NCBI GenBank assembly: GCA_045614485.1
Contig: JAZLCY010000005.1
Coordinates: forward strand, 1 to 39,250
Length of the DNA: 39,250 bases
Origin: Eubacteriales bacterium
GTDB taxonomy: Bacteria; Bacillota; Clostridia; Oscillospirales; CAG-272
Direction: 5' to 3'
Both the position numbers and the translations under genes were made by a program. How positions within the stretch are numbered: position 1 is the stretch's first letter; every line of letters starts with the position of its first letter. The notes beneath the pieces were generated by a model, which was not told where the DNA came from, ran no database searches, and was given only the letters and a program-made list of their open reading frames with translations. This document shows, piece after piece, positions 27,750 through 35,806 of this stretch.

Positions 27750-28433
27750 ATGAAAAAAATTTACGTTGGAAAAACCAAGGACGTATACTCTCTTGATAAC
27801 GGTAACGTTATGCTTAAGTTCAAGGACGACTGCACCGGTAAGGACGGCGTTTTTGATCCCGGTGAAAACACCGTAGGCCTTACAATCGAGGGTATCGGCA
27901 AGGCAAATCTTCAGACATCGGTATACTATTTCGAGCTTCTCAAAAAGGCAGGCATCAAGACACACTACGTTAGCGCTAACGTGGACGAAGCTACTATGGA
28001 AGTGCTTCCCGGCAAGGTATTCGGCCACGGACTTGAGGTTATTTGCAGATTGGTTGCTACCGGCTCTTTCATCCGCAGATACGGTGAGTATATTAAGGAT
28101 GGAACCAAGCTTGAGGGCGGCTACGTTGAATGCACCTTCAAGAACGACGAGAAGGGCGACCCGCTCGTTACCGCAGAGGGCCTTGCGGCGCTTGGCGTTA
28201 TGTCACTTGAAATGTTCAACTCCATGAAGGAGCAGACCCTTGCTATCACCAAGATCGTTGCAGACGACCTTAAGAGCATCGGACTTGATCTTTGGGACAT
28301 CAAGTTTGAGTTCGGTTACAATGGCGACGAGGTTATCCTTATCGACGAGATCGCATCCGGTAACATGAGAGTTTACAAGGACGGCAAGATCGTTGATCCC
28401 GTTGAACTCACAAAGCTTATACTTAACAGATAA
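27750..28433 (+). CDS. purC: phosphoribosylaminoimidazole-succinocarboxamide synthase
   Basis: [15 protein letters not shown]... is the canonical SAICAR-synthase start, behind AAGGAGAAA. The track's N-terminal extension from 27666 is rejected. Confidence 0.9.
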   Translation: MKKIYVGKTKDVYSLDNGNVMLKFKDDCTGKDGVFDPGENTVGLTIEGIGKANLQTSVYYFELLKKAGIKTHYVSANVDEATMEVLPGKVFGHGLEVICRLVATGSFIRRYGEYIKDGTKLEGGYVECTFKNDEKGDPLVTAEGLAALGVMSLEMFNSMKEQTLAITKIVADDLKSIGLDLWDIKFEFGYNGDEVILIDEIASGNMRVYKDGKIVDPVELTKLILNR

Positions 28434-28442
28434 AAATAAAAA

Positions 28443-28476
28443 ACGGGTATTCTGCAAGGTCGGAATACCCGTTTTT
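28443..28476 (+). terminator. intrinsic terminator after purC
   Basis: 10-bp stem ACGGGTATTC / GAATACCCGT followed by TTTTT. Confidence 0.8.
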
Positions 28477-28487
28477 AAGGACTGAAA

Positions 28488-29177
28488 ATGAAAAAATTAC
28501 GCAATCCGTTCAGATCGCTGACGGCATTTGAATGGGCGCTGCTCATATCCTCCATGGCAGTTGTGATCATCTCCTTCATATTCTCCCCGGATAAAGACCC
28601 CTTGACACTTGCGGCATCCATTATTGGAGTTACGGCACTGATATTTGTGGCAAAGGGACTGGTTTTCGGGCAAATACTTGTGGTGATATTCGCACTGCTG
28701 TACGGGATCATATCCTGCATCTTCTCATATTACGGCGAGATGATAACCTATATGTTTATGAGCGCACCTGCAGCTATAGCGGCGATAATATCCTGGCTTA
28801 AAAATCCATACGGCAAGACAAATGAGGTGAAGATAGCAAAAATATCGGCAAAAAGGCTGATACTTTGCATACTTGCCTCCGCAGTGGTAAGCATAGTATT
28901 CTACTTTGTGCTTGGAAGACTTGGCACGGCAAATCTCATTGTAAGCACACTTTCGGTGGCAACGAGCTTCTTTGCCTCCCTGCTTATGTTCCTGCGCTCC
29001 CCTCTTTATGCCATTGCATATTCACTTAACGATATAGTTCTGATCGTTATGTGGGTACTTGCCAGCATCAAGGATGCGGGATACATACCAATGATCTTCT
29101 GCTTTGTTATGTTCTTACTGAACGACCTGTACGGCTTTATAAACTGGTGCAGGATGAGAAAAAAGCAGAGCGCATAA
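28488..29177 (+). CDS. PnuC-like (nicotinamide riboside / nucleoside-type) transporter
   Basis: 229 aa with about 7 TM segments. Its size and the C-terminal LLNDLYGFINW motif resemble the PnuC family. The substrate cannot be inferred. Confidence 0.55.
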   Translation: MKKLRNPFRSLTAFEWALLISSMAVVIISFIFSPDKDPLTLAASIIGVTALIFVAKGLVFGQILVVIFALLYGIISCIFSYYGEMITYMFMSAPAAIAAIISWLKNPYGKTNEVKIAKISAKRLILCILASAVVSIVFYFVLGRLGTANLIVSTLSVATSFFASLLMFLRSPLYAIAYSLNDIVLIVMWVLASIKDAGYIPMIFCFVMFLLNDLYGFINWCRMRKKQSA

Positions 29178-29219
29178 ATGTAACAAAATAAATACCGTGA
29201 CGGAATAATACCGTGTATT

Positions 29220-29990
29220 TTATAACTTTTTCTTGAATTCAGAGGGCGTTATGCCCTCTTTTTTCTTGAACTGGCGCGAGAAATAATATATTGAAGAAAA
29301 TCCCATTGCCTCCGCAATCGCGCCAAGGGACATACTGCCGTAACGGATAAGGAGCTTTGAGCGCTCTATCCTTATGTTCATAAGATCGTCCATAGGTGAA
29401 ATACCGTACTCGGATTTATACAGGCTTGAAAAACGGCTGACAGAATAGCCTGCCATACCGGCAAGCTCTGAAAGCCGCCAGGAGCGAGAGAAATCGGCGA
29501 TCATAGCGCCTCTCACGTACTCGAGCTTTTCCTCAGCGCTCGAAGCGCCGTAGGTCTTATACGCTCGGTAGACGTCTATCAGCATATCGGTGAAGATGAT
29601 ATCACACTTTTCGCGATATCCCTCTTTCAAAAAAGATTTTTCCGCGTGGATCTTATTTATAGCCGAAGAAAGATACACCGACGAGCCAAGACGGAAGGGC
29701 TTGCCAACGGGGATCGGATACTTCATAAGAAGGCCCTCCACCTCTTCGCCTCCGAAATAAAGCCAGTCGTTTGAGAACCCCTGAGAGCTGCCTTTTTTCG
29801 GGCCGTGGTATATAATATCGCCGGGGCGCTGAATGATAAGATCACCTGCCCTGCCCTTTACAAGCCTGCCCGAAAGCTCTATAAGATAGTCATCTCTGAA
29901 ATAGCTCATGAAATAGGACTGCGACACCGTTCTTATACTAAATTCATTGATCTTATGTTTAAAATCAATTCCGTAAACGTAAAATTCCAC
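29220..29990 (-). CDS. AraC-family transcriptional regulator
   Basis: 256 aa. Cupin-like N-terminal half and a C-terminal double HTH (...LAGMAGYSVSRFSSLYKSEYGISP...IAEAMGFSSIYYFSRQFKKKEGITPSEF). GTG start behind GAGGTG. Divergent from the GH2 gene. Confidence 0.85.
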   Translation of the reverse strand: MEFYVYGIDFKHKINEFSIRTVSQSYFMSYFRDDYLIELSGRLVKGRAGDLIIQRPGDIIYHGPKKGSSQGFSNDWLYFGGEEVEGLLMKYPIPVGKPFRLGSSVYLSSAINKIHAEKSFLKEGYREKCDIIFTDMLIDVYRAYKTYGASSAEEKLEYVRGAMIADFSRSWRLSELAGMAGYSVSRFSSLYKSEYGISPMDDLMNIRIERSKLLIRYGSMSLGAIAEAMGFSSIYYFSRQFKKKEGITPSEFKKKL

Positions 29991-30105
29991 AAATACACCT
30001 CAAAATAGTAAGATTGTGCAAAAAAATGATAATATAAAATATTGTTTAACTAATTTTATCATAATATAATACAAATATCAACTATATTTTTTAGGAGATA
30101 AGAAA

Positions 30106-32511
30106 ATGAAAAAATTAAGTCTTTGCGGCCAGTGGAGAATGACGGGCAACGGATATGATTGTACCGGCACTGTTCCCGGCTCACTTTACTCCTTCCTGCT
30201 TGACAACAAGCTTATGGACGACCCCTTTTACAGAGATAACGAATTTGGCGCGCTTGAATTGACCTATCACGAGTACACCTTCACACGTACGTTCAACTTT
30301 GAGAAGGATGAGTGCGAACATTACGTAGTATGCGAGGGTCTTGACACATTCTGCGACGTTTACCTTAACGGCAAGCACATCGGCAAGGCTGATAATATGC
30401 ACGTTACATACAGCTTTGATGCAACCGAGGCTATCAAGGACGGCGAGAACGAGATCAACGTTGTTTGCCATCCCATACGTGAATATCTTAAGAAGAAGAA
30501 CGATGAGCTTCCTCTTTTCCCCAACACCCAGGCGATATTCGGATTTGGACATATCAGAAAGGCGCACTGCATGCTCGGTTGGGACTGGGGACCCATGCTT
30601 CCCGACACAGGTATATGGCGCCCTATCTACGTTGAGTCCAGAAACAGCGCAAAGATCACCGATATAAAGATCAATCAAAGACACGAGGGCGGCCGCGTGT
30701 TTATCACCCCCTCTATCAAGACCGACAAGGAAGCTGACGTAAAGGTTACGCTTATCTGCGAGTGCGGATGCGAATTTGACATCAAGGCTAACGAGGAGTA
30801 CGAGGTTCAGAACCCCAGACTCTGGTGGCCCGCAGGACTTGGAAAGCAGTCCCTTTACACCGTTAAGGCAGAGGTTATCGAGGGCGGCGAGGTTGTGCAC
30901 ACCGAGGAGCGCAGAATCGGCCTTCGCGATATGAAGCTTATCCGCGAGAAAGACAAGTGGGGCGAGAGCTTTATGCACGAGTGCAACGGCGTTCGCTTCT
31001 TTGCAATGGGTGCAGACTATATTCCCGAGGATAACGTCCTCTCAAGATGCACCAAGGAGCGCTCTTACACCCTGCTTAAGAGATGCAAGGATGCAAACTT
31101 CAACGCAATAAGAATCTGGGGCGGCGGTTACTATCCCGACGATTATTTCTTCGATATTTGCGACGAGCTTGGCCTTGTTGTATTCTTCGACCTTGCGTTT
31201 GCTTGCTCGCTTTATAATCCCGACGACGAGATGCTTGAGAGCATCAGAGTTGAGGTAAGACAGAACATTTCAAGACTCCGCCACCATCCCTCTATCGCTC
31301 TTATCAGCGGTAACAACGAGGTTGAGGCATGCTCCGGCGGTGCAATTCCCGAGGTGCTTGCGGCTTGCAAGGACAGAATTTGCGAGATGTTCAACGACAC
31401 TATCCCCACAGTTCTTAAAGAGGTTTATCCCGAGATCCCCTATATCTCCACCTCTCCTATCTGTTGCGGACACTTTATCGAGCCCAACAACGATAATTAC
31501 GGCGACACTCACTACTGGGAGGTTTGGCACTCCGGTAAGCCCTTTACCGAGTACAGAAACCACTACTTCAGATACCTTTCCGAGTTTGGCTTCCAGTCCT
31601 TCCCCTGCGAGAAAACAGTTAACCAGTTCACACTCCCCGAGGACAGAAACATATTCTCCCGCGTTATGGAACAGCACCAGAGAAACACCGGTGCGAACGC
31701 AAAGATAGTTACATATCTTTCCGAAACATTCCTTTATCCTACCAACTTCGGCACTCTTCTTTATGCTTCTCAGCTTTTGCAGGCAGAGGCAATCAAGTAC
31801 GGCGTTGAGCATTTGAGACGCAACAGAGGCAGATGCATGGGCGCACTTTACTGGCAGCTCAACGACATCTGGCCCGTTGCTTCCTGGGCAAGCATTGACT
31901 ACTACGGCAGACTTAAGGCATTGCATTACTACGCAAAGAGATTCTTCACTCCTGTGATCATTTCTTGTGAGGAAATAGGCGAAAAGGCGACACGCCCCTT
32001 CGTTATTTTCGATCCTTACGAGTTTGACTACGTTACAAAGGCGAAGCTCAGCGTTACCAACGACACCCTCGCGGACAAGGATCTTACCGTTCGCGCATAC
32101 CTTAGAAACTCCTACGGTAAGGTGCTTGAGACGTACGAATGGAACATCAACGTTCCCTCATTCTCCGTAGTACATCTTGACCAGATCGACTTTAACAAGA
32201 CCAACGTTAAGGAAAACTATTATTCCTACGAGCTTGTTGAGGCAGGCGAGATCATCAGCTCCGGCACAGTGCTCTTCACAGCACCCAAGCACTTCGAATT
32301 CAAGGATCCTGAAATCGAGGTTAAGGTTGAGGGCGACGAGATAACCGTTAAGGCAAGCGCATACGCAAAGAGCGTTGAGCTTTATTCCGACGATGAGGAC
32401 TTTGTTCTCTCCGACAACTTCTTCGACATCAACGGAGATGAGGTAAGAGTTAAGGTTCTTGAAGGAAAGGCAATCAACGTTAAGGCAAGAAGCGTTTACG
32501 ACATCAGATAA
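30106..32511 (+). CDS. glycoside hydrolase family 2, beta-mannosidase-like
   Basis: 801 aa, no signal peptide. NAIRIWGGGYYPDD, SGNNE (acid/base region) and YLSEFGFQSFP (nucleophile Glu region), as in GH2 beta-mannosidases. Confidence 0.7.
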   Translation: MKKLSLCGQWRMTGNGYDCTGTVPGSLYSFLLDNKLMDDPFYRDNEFGALELTYHEYTFTRTFNFEKDECEHYVVCEGLDTFCDVYLNGKHIGKADNMHVTYSFDATEAIKDGENEINVVCHPIREYLKKKNDELPLFPNTQAIFGFGHIRKAHCMLGWDWGPMLPDTGIWRPIYVESRNSAKITDIKINQRHEGGRVFITPSIKTDKEADVKVTLICECGCEFDIKANEEYEVQNPRLWWPAGLGKQSLYTVKAEVIEGGEVVHTEERRIGLRDMKLIREKDKWGESFMHECNGVRFFAMGADYIPEDNVLSRCTKERSYTLLKRCKDANFNAIRIWGGGYYPDDYFFDICDELGLVVFFDLAFACSLYNPDDEMLESIRVEVRQNISRLRHHPSIALISGNNEVEACSGGAIPEVLAACKDRICEMFNDTIPTVLKEVYPEIPYISTSPICCGHFIEPNNDNYGDTHYWEVWHSGKPFTEYRNHYFRYLSEFGFQSFPCEKTVNQFTLPEDRNIFSRVMEQHQRNTGANAKIVTYLSETFLYPTNFGTLLYASQLLQAEAIKYGVEHLRRNRGRCMGALYWQLNDIWPVASWASIDYYGRLKALHYYAKRFFTPVIISCEEIGEKATRPFVIFDPYEFDYVTKAKLSVTNDTLADKDLTVRAYLRNSYGKVLETYEWNINVPSFSVVHLDQIDFNKTNVKENYYSYELVEAGEIISSGTVLFTAPKHFEFKDPEIEVKVEGDEITVKASAYAKSVELYSDDEDFVLSDNFFDINGDEVRVKVLEGKAINVKARSVYDIR

Positions 32512-32516
32512 AATAA

Positions 32517-32541
32517 AGATCCCCCGGCTTTTGGGGGATCT
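32517..32541. terminator. GC-rich hairpin after the GH2 gene
   Basis: AGATCCCCC ggctttt GGGGGATCT is a perfect 9-bp stem. There is no U-tract on the plus strand, so termination efficiency is uncertain. Confidence 0.45.
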
Positions 32542-32598
32542 AAACAAAAACAGGAGCGATTATGGTTACCTACCATAAAGCAGTTTTATATTCAACAC

Positions 32599-32630
32599 AA
32601 AAAGGGACGAGAAAATTCTCGTCCCTTTTT
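32599..32630. terminator. bidirectional intrinsic terminator
   Basis: AAAAAGGGACGAG aaaatt CTCGTCCCTTTTT has a 13-bp stem that includes the flanking A/T runs. Confidence 0.75.
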
Positions 32631-32794
32631 GTGTATTTCCCCGCCCAGAGGGTGTAGTGTGTTATACCGTATTATCTGTTTCGGGCGGTAAAGGAATAAC
32701 GTTTGTCCGCTATGCCGTCAGGCGTAACATCATTTACGAAGCAAACAGCATTGCCAAAGGCAATATCATTTGCCCGTATGGACAAACAAAGTTC

Positions 32795-32820
32795 GGCGAC
32801 CTGCTGTATCGCAGGTCGCC
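32795..32820 (-). terminator. hairpin immediately downstream of the 233-aa membrane-protein gene
   Basis: Perfect 10-bp stem GGCGACCTGC / GCAGGTCGCC. The minus-strand 3' flank GAACTTTGTTTG is only moderately U-rich. Confidence 0.5.
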
Positions 32821-32840
32821 GTTCCATCGCACCTCTTTAT

Positions 32841-33542
32841 TCACTTAACAATTCTTTTGGCTATGACCGAGATGGCAAGGAGTGCCTGAGATGGAACGTA
32901 GAAAAGCCACGCGGCATTAAAACCGGGACTGACGAGGAAGGATATAAGTCCACCCTCTCCAACTGCAAGATATCCGCCGATCATACTCATTCCAACGAAG
33001 AAATCGCAGAAAAGGAAGAGCAATAGGCCTATCGCCAATACGGGCGCTTTTCTGAACGAAATAAACGAGAAGATAACGTTCAAAATAAGGTTGGCAAAAT
33101 AGAAAAGGGATATTAATGCAACCGCATCACAACCGCCGCCAAGTACGGCTGCCGTTGCTATAACAGCCGCAAGCGAGAAAACGCATCTTACGGCGATATG
33201 AGTGATAAAAAGGGGCTTATTTTTTGTTTTAAGTAGTATCCGTGTGAAATAAGCGAGCTGAGTTACCGAGAAGAAGATCATTGCAGGAAGCTGACGCATG
33301 GGATCTAAGACAACCAAGAACAAGTCTGCCATCACGGTGCAAAAAAGTGCGATTTCGGTTAAGATAAAATCAACGCTATGCTCAAAAGAGAGCCAGGAAA
33401 ACAGAAAAGCGAGCACTATGGCGGAATAACTCAATGCGGTGTTCACACTGCCGTGCGAATGCTGAATGGCGACGCTGAGCACAAGCTCGAGCAAGAGGAA
33501 AACGGATACTGCGGGTATAATAAACTTCTTATTCTTTATCAT
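32841..33542 (-). CDS. polytopic membrane protein, YhhN (lysoplasmalogenase-like) family resemblance
   Basis: 233 aa with about 7-8 TM segments. MADLFLVVLD ... FFSVTQLAYF ... LFLFCDFFVG loosely mirror the YhhN GDxxL / F..H..Y / SD motifs. Weak, by-eye assignment. Confidence 0.4.
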   Translation of the reverse strand: MIKNKKFIIPAVSVFLLLELVLSVAIQHSHGSVNTALSYSAIVLAFLFSWLSFEHSVDFILTEIALFCTVMADLFLVVLDPMRQLPAMIFFSVTQLAYFTRILLKTKNKPLFITHIAVRCVFSLAAVIATAAVLGGGCDAVALISLFYFANLILNVIFSFISFRKAPVLAIGLLLFLFCDFFVGMSMIGGYLAVGEGGLISFLVSPGFNAAWLFYVPSQALLAISVIAKRIVK

Positions 33543-34405
33543 GCTGTTTTTTTCGAATGCTCAAGCCGATTTTTAATCAGTTTTACAAGCGACATAATAC
33601 CGTATATGATGCCGAAAATAAGCAAACCGATCGCAAGGAATCCTATAAGATAGATGAAAATAAACCACACGGGTCCGACGATAGGATGGATAATATCGAG
33701 AATAGGAAGCTCCTTACACATATGGAAAGGACCTACGTAGAACATATTGAAGCGGTTCTTGCTGAGCTCCATATCGGCACCTGCCGCAACGAGCCCGTAA
33801 TAACCGACCGTATTCATAACGAGCGCTATTCCAAGAAGAGAGGCGAACACTATCGCACCTTTGAGATAGTACCTGATACCAATCTTCTTCCCGGTGTAAA
33901 CGGCGATATAAATGCCGAGGATCACCTGAAGGCCGTGGTGCACCATGGTTTGAATATTGATTCCAATTGTTTCTACAAACACGTTGCCGGGATAGACAAA
34001 CGTTGCAAGCCCACCAAACAGGGAGAAAAATGCCATAAATGCCATCATAGCATCTCTAACCTTTCCTTTCGGCAGGAACACTATAAACGGAAGGATATAA
34101 AGAGGCGATGAACAGAGCTGGAACGGGAACAGACGCCAAGTGTACTCTGACGTTATAACATTTTGCTCCGCGTTATACTCAAACGTATTGATCAGCTGCT
34201 TGTATATTTCAAATACAACCATAACCGTCCAACAAGCAAAAAGTATTATTCTGAACGTTTTATCATTTGCATTCTTCAGGAAAACGCACACAAGCACCGT
34301 TAAGGTTATTGCAAGCGCGACAAACAATAAATGAAACCAACCGAGGTTGGATGGGGGAACCATTTCAGCGCCGAAAAACTGTATAATTTTTCCCAAAAAC
34401 TCCAT
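33539..34405 (-). CDS. polytopic membrane protein, function unknown
   Basis: 288 aa with about 7-8 hydrophobic segments. AGGAGA SD. The stop overlaps the start of the downstream membrane-protein gene by 4 nt (33539-33542). Confidence 0.6.
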   Translation of the reverse strand: MEFLGKIIQFFGAEMVPPSNLGWFHLLFVALAITLTVLVCVFLKNANDKTFRIILFACWTVMVVFEIYKQLINTFEYNAEQNVITSEYTWRLFPFQLCSSPLYILPFIVFLPKGKVRDAMMAFMAFFSLFGGLATFVYPGNVFVETIGINIQTMVHHGLQVILGIYIAVYTGKKIGIRYYLKGAIVFASLLGIALVMNTVGYYGLVAAGADMELSKNRFNMFYVGPFHMCKELPILDIIHPIVGPVWFIFIYLIGFLAIGLLIFGIIYGIMSLVKLIKNRLEHSKKTA

Positions 34406-34597
34406 ATAAAATCTCCTAATAACCGCATTTGCGGCGAAATTACATTTCTTGATCTGCTATGTGATTTTATCATTTAATACGACAAAAATCAATAATTATT
34501 TGACAAAATTAATATTCTTTAATTTATAAATTTTCTTTTTCCTACCACCCGTGTAAATTCTTTTTGCCATTAATTGCATGTTTTTATATTTATAATC

Positions 34598-34626
34598 TTG
34601 ACAAGAGTTAAAACTTGTGATAAACT
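34598..34626 (+). promoter_or_regulatory. strong sigma-A promoter upstream of tRNA-Arg
   Basis: TTGACA (34598-34603), a 17-nt spacer, then TAAACT (34621-34626), with an extended -10 TG at 34618-34619. Confidence 0.6.
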
Positions 34627-34768
34627 GTATGAGCATTAAATCGTGCGCACAAATCACGTTTCGCCCCATTTTGTTGATTATGTGGTGATTTTCGTGTCAT
34701 AAAATTTAAATTAGTATAGTTTTGGGTATTATTTTTGTAAATTTCATATCGTTAAATAACTTTCATTT

Positions 34769-34843
34769 CTCCCTGTAGTTAAATGGATATAACGGGAACC
34801 TCCTAAGTTTCTGTTGTGAGTTCGATTCTCGCCGGGGAGGCCA
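34769..34843 (+). tRNA. tRNA-Arg (anticodon CCT), CCA encoded
   Basis: Folded by hand. Acceptor stem CTCCCTG/CGGGGAG (one G.U pair), D stem GTTA/TAAC, anticodon stem GGAAC/GTTTC, anticodon loop CTCCTAA (U33, CCT, A37). 4-nt variable loop, T stem GTGAG/CTCGC, T loop TTCGATT, discriminator G, then CCA. 75 nt. Confidence 0.9.
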
Positions 34844-34854
34844 ATTTTTTAGCG

Positions 34855-34880
34855 AGGGCGGTCTAATTTGACCGCCTTTT
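34855..34880 (+). terminator. hairpin + T-run directly after the tRNA
   Basis: GGCGGTC taattt GACCGCC (34857-34876) extended by G.U and A-U pairs, followed by TTTT. Confidence 0.6.
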
Positions 34881-34898
34881 GCACTATAAAGGAGTTAT

Positions 34899-35609
34899 AT
34901 GACGGATAAAGAAATACGTGCAAATGAGCTTGCAACTTTTTATATTGAGAAAACAAATCATCAAGATGTTCCTATTCAAATTCACTTTGTCGACAACATT
35001 AACAATTCTTGGATTTTATTTGCGTCTGATGATAATGTAATTAGACAATATCTAAATCATGATTTTTCAGAATGCAATGGGTTAACTATGCCCTACGACG
35101 GACAGACATACCACTTGCTCATACGAAACGATTACGATGACTATGAGTGTACTGTTATCCACGAATGCATGCATGCGTTTGATTATGAATATTTTAGGAT
35201 ATCATTTAACAACGGTGATTTACACATAGAAAATAACAACAGTTACTGGGGCATGGCATTGTACAGCGAATACCATGCCAGATCCATTGCACATGGGTAC
35301 TATATAAGCCAAAAAATTGAAAGCAAAGCAGATTTTGTCAAAAAAGAATTTCCGGCGATAATTGAAGAGGTTTTTGCATTGAAGAGTTCTCTTTTGAATA
35401 ATGAGATCGCATATCAATTTTTTTCGTACGAATTAATGCAGTATTTAGGCAGACTGGGTAGCTATGGTATAGATTATAATGTTATCGATGGATTCCCCAA
35501 AGAACTCCTTGCTTTATATAATTCTTTAATTTTACTCGATTCTGAATGGTCTACCGAAAATTTCTCGTTGCTGTTAAAAGCAATTAACGACTTTGCTTTA
35601 TCTGAATGA
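34899..35609 (+). CDS. hypothetical protein with HExxH zinc-metallopeptidase-like motif
   Basis: 236 aa. AAAGGAG SD 6 nt upstream. TVIHECMHAFDY contains HExxH (HECMH), and SEYHARSIAH about 30 residues later could supply a third ligand. No signal peptide or TM segment. Confidence 0.55.
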   Translation: MTDKEIRANELATFYIEKTNHQDVPIQIHFVDNINNSWILFASDDNVIRQYLNHDFSECNGLTMPYDGQTYHLLIRNDYDDYECTVIHECMHAFDYEYFRISFNNGDLHIENNNSYWGMALYSEYHARSIAHGYYISQKIESKADFVKKEFPAIIEEVFALKSSLLNNEIAYQFFSYELMQYLGRLGSYGIDYNVIDGFPKELLALYNSLILLDSEWSTENFSLLLKAINDFALSE

Positions 35610-35654
35610 TAATTGTATTTTCTGCAAGGTGGGTTTCCCACTTGTAAAACTCTC

Positions 35655-35700
35655 GGAGAGGGGTTAAATTGTCAAAGTGATGGCAATTTAATCTCTCTCC
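35655..35700 (+). other. 20-bp strand-specific RNA hairpin between islet genes 1 and 2
   Basis: GGAGAGGGGTTAAATTGTCA aagtga TGGCAATTTAATCTCTCTCC. All 20 positions pair on the plus strand if three G.U wobbles are allowed. The same positions are A/C mismatches on the minus strand. Confidence 0.55.
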
Positions 35701-35806
35701 TTATCCTGTTCCCTAAAATCATATTTTCATATGGTTCTTTGTTTTATATTTGGCAAAAAGAGATAGTTCTTATCATTTTTAACTTTTAACGTGAAAGGAT
35801 TATAAT

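Noticed and set aside
27539-27796. 85-aa plus-strand ORF in the purE-purC intergenic region
   Set aside because: No SD, a Phe/Lys-rich translation of AT-rich promoter DNA, and it runs out of frame into purC.
32562-32657. 31-codon ORF with an AGGAG SD downstream of the GH2 gene
   Set aside because: The reading frame runs straight through the strong bidirectional terminator hairpin at 32599-32630, so it is probably fortuitous.
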